A DNA stretch of 64,000 bases from assembly GCA_051313645.2 (NCBI GenBank), contig JBNRSN020000005.1, forward strand, positions 303,800,001-303,864,000, read 5' to 3'. The position numbers and the translations under genes are program-made. The notes below the pieces were generated by a model, which was given only the letters and a program-made list of their open reading frames with translations, did not search any database and was not told the origin of the DNA. The DNA comes from Centroscyllium fabricii (Eukaryota). This document shows, in pieces, positions 11,935-24,763 of the stretch; position 1 is the first letter of the stretch; every line of letters begins with the position of its first letter.

Positions 11935-12485
11935 AGGGAAAATTTCGGTATCGCCCCGTTTGGGGCGCCATACTCGGCCGTGCTCATTGCCTCCAACTGC
12001 AAACTTGGCTTTTATTGCCCCTGGAGGTGATTGGAACGCTATATCAGGCGCTACACACCTCTCTTAAGGTGCAAAGGTTGTGGTAACCGTTATATTATGC
12101 TTATTACCACCGTAATATTGTTGCACAATATTAACCAGCATGTATAGCGGCTGGGTGCACTATACACAGCTTTGTATTGCGACACTGTCGCGGGGTCAGG
12201 TCAGCCACACCTCTAACTCCTCCCCTCATGTGAGTGCCTTATAGGTGGGGTCTGACCTGCCCCCATTCATTCTGTACCTGATGTTCGACCGGAGCGTAGC
12301 TCCTTTGTAAAGCTAATAAAAGCCTTTAGTTAAGGTAACTACGCGTCTTTAGTTTTATTAGACTATTGACGATACGTCAATGGCCAAGGAGCAAGGCATT
12401 ACCTCAGAGCGCTGGCAAAGCTCATGTGATGTCAGTCAGCAATGGAACACAGACACCCTGGCACTGTCCAATTTTTAAAGGAGAG
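11935..12485 (+). mobile_element. Partial Harbinger-type MITE (family of 10127) hosting a solo LTR
   Basis: Colinear with 10127-10385 on both sides of the LTR. Confidence 0.75.
12079..12379 (+). mobile_element. Solo LTR related to the 32943 Gypsy LTR
   Basis: TGTGGTAACC...ATTGACGATACGTCA; shares caggtcagccacacctctaactcctcccc and tataggtgg; TSD degenerate (aaggt/atggc). Confidence 0.85.
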
Positions 12486-12516
12486 TTCTGACGAATGGTC
12501 ATCGACCTGAAACGTT
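12484..12516 (+). ncRNA. Truncated minimal hammerhead motif (Penelope remnant)
   Basis: AGTT-CTGACGA-AT-GGTC ATC GACC-T-GAAAC-GTT; the 3' strand of stem I is missing. Confidence 0.5.
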
Positions 12517-13061
12517 GGCCTGAATTTTTAGTCTTTCATTGCATGTGGCTTAAAATGCTGTCTGTCTTTATTCCCATCCTTTTACTTTCTCATGCAAAGT
12601 GTCTATCCTGTGAGCAAGAGCCATGCTCTATTCTAATGACACACAATGATGTCACCTACCCTGTCTCCTGAAGAGTCTTGAGGCTCTGACACTAGACCAT
12701 TCTTTATATATACTCTGCTAACACCGTGACCATAATCTGTCCTGCCAGTTCATTCTGAGAGCGATATACAGAGTGTAAAAAGGTATCATGAATGCCATTG
12801 ATTTTTCCTAATTGGCAATATCTATTAAACAGTAGAATCTAACTACTGGCAGCACAGATTAGCAGGAGTTGACTGTAATATAGCAGTGGATTCTCCAAAG
12901 ATCAATTACCATATCTATTTATCGTGGTCAAATATAAGCAAATACTTTGATTTGCTTTATGCATGTATATAATCAGTACACAGCTTGGCAAATAATTCGT
13001 GCCATAGGGAGATTGGCTTGCATCTAACAGACATATTTAGGTTGACTTTGTACATAAGTGT

Positions 13062-13510
13062 CAGCTGTGTCTCAGTGGATAGCTCTCTCGCCTCTGAGTC
13101 AGAAGGTTGTGGGTTCAAGTCCCGCTCCAGAGACTTGGGCACAAAAAATCGAGGCTGACACTGAAGTACTGCACTGTCGGAGGTGCCGTCTTCCAGACGA
13201 GATGTTAAAACCGAGGTCTTATCTGCTCTCTCAGATGAACGTAAATGATCCCGTGGCACTATTTCTGAAGAAGAGCAGGGGAGTTATCTTTGGTGTCCTG
13301 GCCAATATTTATCCCTCAATCAACATCACTAAAACAGATGATCTGGTCATTATCACATTGCTGTTTGTGGGAGCTTGCTGTGTGCAAATTGGCTGCTTTT
13401 CCAACATTACAACAGTGACTACACTTCAAATAGTACTTCATTTGGCTGTAAAACGCTTTGGGAATGTCCTGTGGTCATGAAAGGCGCTATATAAATGCAA
13501 GTCTTACTTT
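13062..13510 (+). mobile_element. tRNA-derived SINE with Deu-like core and L2-type tail (SacSINE1-like)
   Basis: Head ctcagtggatagc...gggttcaagtccc; core cactatttctgaagaagagcaggggagttatc..gtcctggccaatatttatccctcaa; tail ggcgctatataaatgcaag. Confidence 0.7.
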
Positions 13511-13736
13511 TTTTTCTGTTCATAAATGGTATTGCTAGTATACGGCATGCATCATTTAATCAGCCGAGTAATTGATTAATGCAGAAAGACTTCCATTAAT
13601 CACAAACTACATCCCAATTTTAGGATGAACCAGAAGGATACAAGAGCATGTCATATATTAACTGAAAATGTAAGAGGATTTAATTATCATGAAACACTAG
13701 GCTGTAGCTCTCCCCACAGCATGACAATATGTAGTA

Positions 13737-13975
13737 CAGGTTGTGCACCGTTAATCCAGCATTCAAAATGGTCGCTGCGCATGCGCAGACCATTCAAAAT
13801 GACCGCTGTGCATGCGCAGACCATTCAAAATGGCCACTGAGCATACACAGGCCAGTCGGGGAGAGGCCCGCGCATCGCGAGCGTCCCTGGGATCACGTGG
13901 GCCGGCCAGCAGGATTCGTGCCAGACCACTGAAGGTGCCGAATTATCGGGTGCCGGATTAACGGTGCACAACCTA
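13737..13975. mobile_element. Tigger/pogo-type MITE
   Basis: TA|CAGGTTGTGCACCGTTAATCC...GGATTAACGGTGCACAACCT(A)|TA. Confidence 0.8.
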
Positions 13976-15250
13976 TATCTGCTACCTAACTTAGGAATGA
14001 TTAAATCAACAGAGTAGATTTGAAAGACAAAGCTTTGGAAATAATCCCTTCCTTTCATTAATGATCATTAGAATAGCCATTGAAGTATAAATCTAGATCA
14101 ACACTTAACTAAAATTATTCCTTAGCAACAAGGAGCAAAATATTAGTACAGGTACATTCACCACACAAATGTGATACAAGGATCATCTTCAGTCCTGCTC
14201 CCCCCATCCCCAATTTTCTCCCTCCTCACTGCGAGGTGGTAATTCGTACAGGGACTCGGGTACAACAAACACCCAGTACATAAACCAAGTTACCACGTTT
14301 TATGTGTGAGCCTGGACAGTGAAAGTTTTGTGCCTATTCGGGAAGTTGGGGGGTGGGGAGCGATGGGACGAGGAATGACAGTCTCGAGTTTGATCCTGTG
14401 CTCACCTGACATTCACGCACACACGTGTACTTTCCAACAGAATCACTGGATGTGGGGTCCCTGCCCATTTATCTACCCAGGGAAACTGAGACCAAATGTA
14501 CTGCAGCTAATCCGGCACAGAACAGGGGTCAAACCAGGTACCTTCTGGTTTATGCGGGCCAGTATAACAACAAACCAGCCCTCAAATGTTGCGGGGGTTC
14601 CACCAGACTGCTGCCATACCTCTGGCAGAAGACTGATGGAACCCACCCACCCCACCCTCACACCCCCAGAGAAAACGCGTAAATGGCTGAAAATGGTCAT
14701 GTGCGCCATTTCCCCAGAATTATGGTGGTAAACCGGTAGAATTGCTGCTGACTTTCAGGCACTGAGGAGCTGGCCATAAATAGTCATAATTATTCTGGTT
14801 TCTTTCTGTTTTTCGATGCACCAAGGATGGTGTAGAGATTGAATTAACATTGCGGCTGAGCGCCCCCAAATAGTCTTTTTCTTTCATGAAAACTGCCGCA
14901 ACCTCCATAAAGTACTGGGAATGTACAGTCGAAAATCATTTAAAATTGATTAAATCTGACATTGGCCAGGTGTCAGAATATTTGCCTCTAGTTATGTGTA
15001 ATCCTTTTATCACTGAGCATGATTTCAATTGCGTTCGGAAAGCTGACTCTTAAGCAGCAGTGGCTTGTGGAGCATTAGGAGTAAAACATCACATTACAAG
15101 ATTCAGGCACATTGCAGTAGCTGAGCACACAGTCAGTTTTCATTAGGGGGGCCATTTTAGTCAAACAAAAGAAAAAAAATTAATGCTGGAAATCGGAAGC
15201 ACAAACATAAATGTTTGAATCAAAGAGAGCAGTCAGCATCTGGAAGAGAA

Positions 15251-15584
15251 TGTCATGGCTCCGTCTGACCACCAGAGGGTGGCAGAGAGCACCCAAGGCC
15301 TCAACGGAGGCTAGATGACTCTCAGGTGTCTTCTATCAGGCTTGTTAAGACACTTTCTTAAGTGATGGGTTTGCTCTGCCACTTTGCAGAATCTTGAGTT
15401 GTTTGCTATGTGCTCAAGTGCCCTGTGTTTGCTCTCTAGCTTCGAGTCTGTTATTTTCTCTAGTTTAGTTCTGTTGTTTTGTACTGTCGAGAACTCTCCA
15501 GTAAAGATCCCTGATTTGCTCTACACTGGCATCTGTTGATCATTGCTTCATCTCTGCTCCTGGGTCCTACCTCATAATGTCACA
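15251..15584 (+). mobile_element. Solo LTR
   Basis: TGTCATGG...TGTCACA, 5-bp TSD GAGAA, AGTAAA signal; inserted in a Penelope remnant. Confidence 0.75.
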
Positions 15585-15684
15585 GAGAAAGATTCATTCT
15601 TTGTGGGACCCTTTATCAGAACTGATGGGAGGAATATTTCTACTGTGTGCTTTGGAGAAAATAATTAACAACATAGAGAACATG

Positions 15685-16638
15685 GGGGTGATTTATAACC
15701 TGGCAGTTAAAATGGCTTGAGTGACTTACCCACCCTGGAGCCGCATGGACCCCACCATCCCCGATTGTAACCTGCCCCTTCTTTACATATGCATATTAAG
15801 CCCCGATGATGTCATTAAGACCTGGTTGCAATTTTACTTCAGGCTTGAGTAGAGAGGTTACTGTGGCTTTCCTGCCAGCCCAACCTGGGAAAGAAAGGGG
15901 ATCAGCTGCAGCAGAGGCCAACACATGCAAGTGTTTTACTTTCCTTTGTGGGACCAAGAGAAACAGAAGTGCTTCTCCAGGCCTCATGAGGCAAGCTTTG
16001 GCCGCCCCTTCCCTGGACTCGCCCCCTTCCTACCTGCTTCCTGACAAAAAAAATTTATTCGTTCATGCGATGTGGGCGTCGCTGGCAAGGCCAGCATTTA
16101 TTGCCCATCCCTAATTGCCCTCGAGAAGATGGTGGTGAGCCGCCTTCTTGAACCGCTGCAGTCCGTGAGGTGAAGGTACTCCCACAGTGCTGTTAGGGAG
16201 GGAGTTCCAGGATTTTGACCCAGTGACGATGAAGGAACAGCGTGTAAGGATGGTGTATGACTTGGAGGGGAACTTGGAGGTGGTGGAGTTCCCATGCACC
16301 TGCTGCCCTTGTCCTTCTAGGTGGTAGAGGTCACGGGTTTGTGAGGTGCTGCCGAAGAAGCCTTGGCAAGTTGGTGCAGTGCATCTTGTAGATGGTACAC
16401 ACTGCAGCCACGGTACACCAGTGGTGGAGGGAGTAAATGTTTAAGGCGGTGGATGGGGTGCCAATCAAGCGGGCTGCTTTGTCCTGGATGGTGTCGAGCT
16501 TCTTGAGTGTTGTTGGAGCTGCACGGGATGAGGCCCGGGGTTTAAAATAGCCCATACCTGATTTCTGTAATAAAGGGTGAGCTTACAACTTATCTCGTCA
16601 CCCACTCACCCACCCACCCAGACTTAAAATCTTGGCCC
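15685..16638. mobile_element. Harbinger-type MITE with a nested minus-strand LINE 3' end (about 16050-16525)
   Basis: GGGGTGATTTATAA...TTAAAATCTTGGCCC; internal TTLKKLDTIQDKAARLIG..SLHH..TVAAVCTIYKMH. Confidence 0.6.
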
Positions 16639-16909
16639 ATGGTTACAGATTTGCTACAGACATGTTTACAGCAGATGCTTCAGAACTGAATGCCCTTTCA
16701 TTAAGGTAGCAGGATAAAGAGATTTAACACATTGGACCAGAAAGTTGCAGTTCACGCTTACATGGCTTTTAACATCCACATTATGGCTTTTAATGAGATT
16801 AGATTTATTTTTTAAATGCCATTGATCTCACCAGTGAAGATGTTTGATATCACAGTAAATCTGTACTTTATTAATGTCAAAATGTAAACTATTGCTTCCA
16901 GGTACTCAC

Positions 16910-16981
16910 ATTTACTATATCATAAGCAAGTGAGAGCTTGACAATCCAGTCAAGTTCAAAATCTGTGTTTTTCAGGATATC
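16910..16981 (-). CDS. GUCY2G: Receptor guanylyl cyclase exon (DILKNTDFELDWIVKLSLAYDIVN)
   Basis: ccAG|GAT...AAT|GTGAGT; 72 nt, phase 0/0. Confidence 0.92.
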
Positions 16982-17459
16982 CTGGTGAAAGAAAATTGAA
17001 TATATCGAATATATTTAGTGATAGTGTTTTTCCTTACAAACATGCACTGACTTTGTTTCCCACCTTAGTGAATGGAGGAAAATATACCCAAACGTTGAAA
17101 GCTTGGTAGCCGCTGTGAATGGACAGGCTAAATGCCAAATGCCTGATCTCACATAACTGGATGCTTAAAGCTGCAAAGCCCCACAAACTACTCTGTGCAA
17201 TTTTGTATTTCAACATTAAACGACGGCACTCACAAAAAAATCACTCCTTCAGCATCTCTAATGTGGAAGATGCTTACAGTATTTTCCCAAGCTCAGTGTT
17301 GCATGCACTCCTGTGAACTACCTTGGGATGGTTTACAATGCTAAAGGCGCTATGTAAATGCAAGGTGTTGTTATGGTTTACAGATGATGGTAATTTGGAT
17401 CCTGTGCTGCTATTTTCCTCCAATCATGGAATGAGGAAGCTGCAATAACTGCTGTATAT

Positions 17460-17950
17460 TCCATGATGTGGAGGTGCCGGTGTTGGACTGGGGTGGACAA
17501 ATGTAAGAAGTCACACAACACCAGGTTATAGTCCAACAGTTTTATTTGAAATCACAAGCTTTTGGAGTGTTGCTCCTTCATCAGGTGTAAGAGAGATGCA
17601 TACAGGCATAGCATATATAGACGGAGAACAATGTAATCTTTCCAACTGCCCTACCTCACACCTCGGCAGAGAGACATTTATAGCAATCAAAGGTGTGAAT
17701 GGTGTTTAAACAGGTCAGTCAGGCAGGCACCATCCGAAGAACAATGAAGTGGTGTCACAAAGGGTCAAATGTTGCACAGTCTGGGGTCTGTGTGAGAACC
17801 AACACAGAACAATTTAAAAAAAAGATTTTTCTTGCTGGAAATCGCAGCCGGTACAGCCATATCTGTGTAGTGAGGCCACAGCTACATGTAACCCCACCTG
17901 ATGTAGAGTCATCCAGACTCGAGTCGTCTTTGGCTTGTCCTCACTACACA
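17460..17950. mobile_element. Penelope-like pLTR remnants (inverted plus direct)
   Basis: 17500-17660 is the reverse complement of about 4490-4660; 17880-17940 matches 4277-4335. Confidence 0.75.
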
Positions 17951-18064
17951 GTTATACTCTAGCCACTGGTTATTAAGATGGAGCCAAGTCTACATGTGCT
18001 GTATAATGTGCTTAATTAAACGACTAGCCCAAGTTAGTTGTTCATAATAAAAATGTCTATTTGT

Positions 18065-18620
18065 TAATGAACATAACAGAGGTGAAATCAGACAAAAATG
18101 GGCAGTGAGCCAAAGAAGAGGATATTAGGGGGTGCAATTAAAAGCTTGGTCAAAGAGATGAGTGTTAAGGAGGTCTTAAAGAATGAGAGGGAGGTGGAGA
18201 GGCAGAGGGGTTTAGGGAGGGATTTCCAGAACATAGGGTCTAAACGGCTAAAGGAACAACAATGGTGGGGCAAAGGGAGGGGCAGATGCACAGAAGGCCA
18301 GAGTCAGAGGAATGGAGCGTTCGGGGTTGTTTTAGGGCTGGAGGAGGTTATAGAGGTAGGGTGTGGAGAGGTCAGGAAGGAATTTAAACATGAGGATGAG
18401 GATTATAAATTGGAGGTGTTTGGGAATCAGGAAACAATCAGGAAGGACAGGGATGATACATCAGTAGGACCTGGCTGAGGATAGGATACGACAGTAGAGT
18501 TTTGGATGAACTGAGGTTCATGGAGGGTCGCGGGAGGGAGCTGGCCAGAAGAGCATTGGAATAGTCATGTCTGGAGGGAACAAAAATATGGATGAGGGTT
18601 TTCCGTGGCAGATGGGCTGG
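18065..18620 (-). mobile_element. Old L2 LINE fragment
   Basis: Reverse-complement similarity to the L2 3' end at 3460-3930. Confidence 0.65.
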
Positions 18621-18796
18621 TCATAGAATCATAGAAATGTACAGCACAGAATGAGGCCATTCGGCCCATTGTGCCTGTACTGGCTGAAGAAGAGCTATCC
18701 AGCCTAATCCCACTTTCCAGTTCTGTAGCCTTGTAGGTTACGACACTTCAATCTCTACCCAAAAACGTTTTTAATGCAGAAGCTGAGTCAGGTATT

Positions 18797-19840
18797 GGGC
18801 CAGAAATTAGGGTCCCTCGCAGGATTAGCACCCGCACGGAGTGGGGCCTAATTCCCCGTGCTAGCAATCGCACGGGGAATGTGCACCAAACCGGGCTGTC
18901 CGATGCTGAGGCAGAAGAGGCCTCAGCATCCAACACACAAAAGAATAACACCCAAAAATCCCGATGTTTTTGGGTGTTATTCTGTGCGCTATCTGTGGGC
19001 AACTGGGCCTGAAATAGCACGGGAAAAAAGCAGTCGTTAACCGTGCGTTGGTGAGAACAGTGCGTTCTTCAAGAAGGTAAGTGACTTTTTTACCTTTAAT
19101 TTTAAGTTTTATCAATTTTTCTGAGTAATGTGGCCATATTACTGCAATTTAAATTGGCTGCTAGAGTTTTTTTTTTTAATTAAAAATCGGATTTTCAATT
19201 TTTTAACACACTACTTTCTGTTCCAAATTGGTTATTTTTAAATTTGAACCTCTGAAATTTTAAAATGTTTCCTTATTTTAAAAAAGATAGCAAAAAAATC
19301 GCTGAGACTTACCTCCGTTGCAAATGTGATCTGGCCGCCCTTGCTCCCTGCCGACTCTGTGTGTACAGCAGGGGGCGTTTCCATTTAAATTAGACCTTAG
19401 TGGGCGGGGCATCACACTAGCACACGCACGACGGCAGCGCATATTTAGCGCACCTAGCATGGCTGGACTGCTACGCAGCCCAGGAACGGTGAAGAGAAGA
19501 CTGCAATGTTTGGACGCTAATCAGGTGAGATTATAGAAACTAGAAGCAGGAGTAGGCCATTCGGCCCTTCGAGCCTGCTCTGCCATTCAATGAGATCATG
19601 GCTGATCATCCAAACCCAGTACCCCGCCTCTGCCCTCTCCCTATGTCCCTCGATCTCTATCGAGGCTGCACCGACACACATCCCACCCTATCCCCGTAAC
19701 CCCACATATTCAATCCCCTAACACTAAGGGTCAATTTATCATGACCAATCAACCTAACCCCGCACATCTTATGGTGCGGTGCGTTAGGGGTCCGCATAGC
19801 CTAGCACCCGCACCAAACGGGAGACTCTAATTTCTGGGCC
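18797..19840 (+). mobile_element. Harbinger-type MITE, family C (GGGCCAGAAATT TIR), with nested SINE tail (about 19533-19770)
   Basis: Colinear with 31037-31907. Confidence 0.8.
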
Positions 19841-19844
19841 AATG

Positions 19845-21010
19845 TTATGATGGTGGAAGTAGGCAGTGTTTGTGATGCAGTGCATATTTGGTCAGGGGTG
19901 AATAGGATGCTGTGATTGTAGACAGTCTGATTCAGCCTGAGGCAATGGGCAGGGAGGGGAATGGAATTGATGGCGTGGGTACAGAGTTTGGGGGCGGGGG
20001 GGGGGGGGGCGGCGGGGGGGGGGGGCAGGGTCTGAAGACAACGCTTTCAGTCTTCATAATGTTTAACTAGTGGAAATTGTGGCTCAGTCGTGACTGAATA
20101 TTGGACAAGCAGGCCGACACAGAGGCAGTGGAGAGGTCAAGAGAGGTCAAGAGAGCTAGTGGAGAGAGGAGCTGGGTGTCTCAGAATACATGAGGAAGCT
20201 AACCCTATGTCTGCGGAAGATGTCGCAAAAGGGCAGCATGTAGATGAGAAACAGCAGGGGGCCAAAGATAGATCCTTGAACAACTCCAGAGGTGACAGTG
20301 CAGGGGAAGAGAAGCCATTGCTGAAGGTACTTTGACTATGATCAGATAGGTAAGAATGGAACCAAACGAGGGAAATCGCACTGGGCTGGACAATGGAGAA
20401 AAGGCATTGGAGGAGAATGGAGCGGTCGACTGTGTCAATGGCTGCAGAGAGTTTAGATCAATAAGGAGCATAATGCACCATGGTCATAGTCACAGTGAGT
20501 CATTTGTGTCTTTAGTTAGAGCCATTTCAGTTCTGTGGCTTGGCAAGTAAACCTGATTGAAGCGATTGAAACAGGGAGTTGTGAGAATGAAGGGCATAGA
20601 TTGATGAGGCGGCAACACACTCAAGGATTTTAGAGAGGTACGGGGACTGAAGATGGGGTAGTAATTCGCAAGGGCAAAGGGGTCGAGGGTGGGTTTATGA
20701 GAAGGGGGCTGATGATGGAGGTTTTGAAAGGGAGGGGGACGGTACCTGTGGAAAGGGAACCACTTATAATGTCAGCTCACATGGGGGGCCAAGAAGGGAA
20801 GTTTTTATGGTCAGCAGTCTAGTGGGAATAGGATCGAGAGAGCAGGAGGTGGGATTTATGGAGAAGATGTGCTTGGCGCGGGCATGAGGAGCGAAACTGG
20901 AGAATGATGTGGGTTCAGAGGTAGGGCAGGGGGAAGCCTGGGGGGAGGTTTGCCTTGGTGGGCAAGGGGAAGAGAGGAAGTAGTAGAGGAAACTGAACGT
21001 ATGATCCCAA
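19845..21010 (-). mobile_element. Degenerate L2 LINE ORF2 fragment
   Basis: Minus ..LLIDLNSLQPLTQST.. (frameshifted LDLSAAFDT), ggatctatctttggcccc (GS.LGP), FRRHRV (YADD region). Confidence 0.6.
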
Positions 21011-21094
21011 TCTTTGTGAACAGGTGGTATTAAGTTGGTAAAGCATGTTACACATTTGAAAACATAACTTACAGTCTTATTTCAATCAACTTAC

Positions 21095-21199
21095 TTTTAA
21101 ACTTCCCTTTTTGCAGTATTGTGAAATGATACACATGTGCGGTGCACCGATACATACTCCAAAGAAAGTTACTAGATTTTCATGTCTTAGTTCTCGCAT
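21095..21199 (-). CDS. GUCY2G: Receptor guanylyl cyclase exon (MRELRHENLVTFFGVCIGAPHMCIISQYCKKGSLK)
   Basis: ccAG|ATG...AAA|GTAAGT; 105 nt, phase 0/0. Confidence 0.93.
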
Positions 21200-21555
21200 C
21201 TGGAACCAACATTATTAATTTACAGTTAGACATCATCTTGAAATTGAATGTACATTTTTCCTTTAAATGAATATGTCCGAGCTACTAAACTTGTACCAGA
21301 GAAAGTTTGGCCTCCAACTTCCTCAATATAAAGAATATAAAAATCCATCGATCTCAGTCTTGAAAAAATAAAATATTTGGACACTAATGTGAATCAAGGG
21401 ATAAGGCGGGTAAAGTAGAGTTGAGGTAGAAGATCAGCGATGATCTTACTGAATGGTGGAGCAGGCTTGGGGGGCCGTATGGCCTGCTCCTATTTCTTAC
21501 TATATTAATCATGTGCATTCCTTCCTTTTGACTGTCCTTTACATACATCACAGTG

Positions 21556-22113
21556 CAGGTTGAGCACCGGTAATCCGGCACGGGTGGGACCAGGCCCGTG
21601 CTGGGAAAGTGAAAAAAACGTTAGAATGAAGACGGTCAGTGCGCATGCGCGCACCATTCAAAATGGCCGCGCGCATGCGCACAACATTGGAAATGGCTGC
21701 CGAACGTCCTTGCTGAGTCTCAGCTGCGGTTTGTGCCTCCTGAGGACGGCCTGCAGGCTGCTCCGGGGAACTGCGCGCTTCACCATGGCTCGGGAGTCGC
21801 ACATTCAAAACGTGACGCCACGGGAGGCCCGGCTCGTCTGGCGGCCGTTTTGAATGATCTGCGCATGCGCTCGCCGTCCGGCGGCACATGCGCAGATCAT
21901 TCAAAACATCTGGCAGCCGTTTTGAATGATCTGCGCATGCGCTCGCCGTTCGGCTGCGCATGCGCTCGCCGTTCGGCGGCGCATGCGCAGATCATTCGCC
22001 GAAGCCGCGATCACGGCTGCCATTTTGCGCATGCGCAGGGCAGTCGGGGCGATTTATACCGGACCACTGAAGTTGCCGGCGTTTTGGGTAATGGATTACT
22101 GGTGCTCAAACTG
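21556..22113. mobile_element. Tigger/pogo-type MITE with GCGCATGCGC array
   Basis: CAGGTTGAGCACCGGTAATCC...GGATTACTGGTGCTCAAACTG|TA. Confidence 0.8.
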
Positions 22114-22372
22114 TATTAATATCTATTTTTTAAGTCCTGAAGAAACGTTTAATTTGTGACGTAACTAAAGGGGACATGTTACAGTTTCCAGCCAGCTATC
22201 CCTGTGAACCCCATCACATCAAAGCTATCTGATACCTTTGCCACTGGCTTAAATGTTACAAAGCAGTTGGTCTCAGCTTTGATTCCTGGTCTGTGCTCAG
22301 TTAGCTGGACTCAGCCAGGGGAGGCTGAAGAGAAGTCACCTCAGTCCTCCTGTGGATGAGCAAAGAAGATAA

Positions 22373-23199
22373 GGGGGGGGGATTTTCCTCGGCCCGTGAG
22401 GGCGGCGATCCGGCGGGGCGGGGCCCAAAATCGCAGAACTGGGTGGGTCCCGCCCCCCGCCCCCCCCCCCCACCACTGGATCGCCGCCGGCTTGTAAGTT
22501 TCGGGCGGTGTGTCCCACCGTCCCGAAACTTTCCCGCCCGCCACTGGTGGGGATGCTAGTTAAAGTAATTGAGGGCCCTTAATTGGTCTGCCTAATCCCA
22601 TGTTAAGGGCCCTCACCTATTTTCCACCTGTTCTCATCCAAACCCCACCATACTAAAACCCCGCTGGTGAAAACCCAGCGGGAGCACAGTGGCTTTGGTC
22701 ACTTTCTCCTTCAAGGTGTTGAAGGACCTAGAGGAAAATGCTTTCCAGGCCTTCAACACCCTGGAGGTGTAAGTGACTCCCTTGGGTGAAGACCAGCTGT
22801 GGGAAAAACTTAAAAATCTTGCCTGACAGCTCCATTGACAGCTCCATTGTCAGCCGGTCCCTAGCTGTCAAAGATTTGCAGCCCGCCTGCCCACCTGTCA
22901 CTCAGAGCACTTGGCCTTTCCCATTGGTTGCACTCCACTGTGATGTCACAGTGGAGTGTTTCCATGGGAACTGTAAACACACAGTCCCCGCAGCTGTCTG
23001 TCAAACTCCTAGAATCCTGGTGGAGCTCCGTAATTGCCGACTCAACTGAGGCAATTACCAGGGGCTCCCTGCATGCGGGGATTTAATTGAGCAATTAAAG
23101 GAAAATAGCGTCGGTTTTCCAGGCCCTTGGGCGGGTGGGACAGGAATCCATCCCGGCCAATCGCCACCAGGTTACCGGACCTCCAGGAAAATTCCCCCC
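22373..23199 (-). mobile_element. Harbinger-type MITE, family G
   Basis: Poly-G/poly-C TIRs; core is the reverse complement of 8800-9150. Confidence 0.75.
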
Positions 23200-23231
23200 A
23201 GGGTTACTACTCCCGATCATTATCCAGGGAT

Positions 23232-23632
23232 CTTAGAAACTTAGAAACTTAGAAACTAGGAGCAGGAGTAGGCCATTCGGCCCTTCGAGCCTGCTCCGCC
23301 ATTCAATGAGATCATGGCTGATCATCCAAACCCAGTAACCCGCCCCTGCCCTCCCCCCATATCCCTATCGAGCCTGCATCGACACATATCCCACCCTATC
23401 CCCGTAACCCCACATATTCAATCCCCCTAACACTAAGAGTCAATTTATCCTGGCCAATCAACCTAACCAGCACATCTTTGGACTGTGGGAGGAAACCGGA
23501 GCACCCGGAGGAAACCCACGCAGACACGGGGAGAATGTGCAAACTCCACACAGATAGTCACCCAAGGCCGGATTTGAACCCGGGTCTCCAGAGCTGTGAG
23601 GCAACAGTGCTAACCACTGTGCCACCCTGCTG
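23232..23632 (-). mobile_element. HE1/V-SINE-type SINE, full length
   Basis: Head ggtggcacagtggttagcactg; V-core; CR1 tail with (tttctaag)n. Confidence 0.88.
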
Positions 23633-23858
23633 CCCCGACTGGATGGTGCATGTCTTTGGTTATCAAGGGTGGGGAGGACCATGCTTGGTTGTGATGCCCC
23701 TTTTGAAAGACTAGCCTGCCAGCACTCACTGCCTAGGCTCATACATGATGAACAAACACTTGAGCTGGGGCTGCAAGGACCTGAGGAACTAGAGTGCAGC
23801 AGGAATCAGCACCTTTGACAAAGACAGAGGAGAGACAAGGTGGAAAGGATTTGACTTT

Positions 23859-24673
23859 GGGCCTGATCTTGCCAGCATTGGGGAGGCGGAGCGGGACTGC
23901 CGGGAAAATGGCAGAATTCGGGGGCGGATGCCTAACCCGTCCCCCAACCCGCCTCCATGCCATCTTGCCAGGAGGTGGGTAGCTGTCCCGTGCTGGGTCC
24001 TGTCTCTTTGGAGGCGGGAAGGGATTACAGCCAGTTAACAGGCAGAAAATAGGATTATCCCCTTTTTGCCCACACAAGTGCGGGCTTCCCGAAGGCTCCG
24101 AAACCCACCAGGGTCACCGAGGCAAGTAGTGGGTCTGCGAAGGTCTGCGGGGTCCAAAAGTGCACTGTGAAGGTGAGTGACGGGTGTAAGTGTGGAGAGG
24201 TGAGTATCTGAGGCAAGTGCAAAGTATTTGAAAAAAGTCTACTTTTGTTTCTTCCTGCAGGCTTCAAGCAGTGCGTATGCGGAGAGTCTCGCACCTCCAC
24301 GGTAGAGATGACAGATGGATGCTGCATTCTCCAATGCAACAACCATCTAATTTCTGCAAAAGAAAGAGGTTTGATGAGTTCTGTTATTCAAGAACGCATC
24401 AAACTACAGGGAATTTCAATGTTTGATAGCTTAACAGAGATGTCAAATGATGACAATTCATCTGTCAAAATTATTTGACAGATTAAATGTCATAAGTTGA
24501 CGTTCTCTGTAACCGGCTTTCCCTTAATTGGCCTGCTAAGCTCACTGGGCAAGCTTAACAAGGTCAATCAAGGGAAAATAGCGTGGGTTGGCCAGAAGTT
24601 GATGGAGGCGGGACTGAAACCCGACAAGTGGGAGTCCCGCCTCCAAAAGCTCCCCATTGGCAAAATCCAGCCC
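23859..24673. mobile_element. Harbinger-type MITE
   Basis: GGGCCTGATCTTGCC...GGCAAAATCCAGCCC. Confidence 0.65.
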
Positions 24674-24763
24674 AAGAAAGCCAATTCTAAAAAATATATA
24701 ACTGACACTTTTTAAACCTATTCTTAGAGGTGCTTAATTGCACCAATGTAACTATAAACATAC

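Noticed and set aside
14720-14908. Short unique ORFs in 14300-14910
   Set aside because: No recognisable motif or splice context.
24290-24370. Strong minus-strand acceptor (ctttcttttgcag|AAATT) as a host exon
   Set aside because: Inside a MITE, no guanylyl cyclase similarity, and the flanking exons already join in frame.
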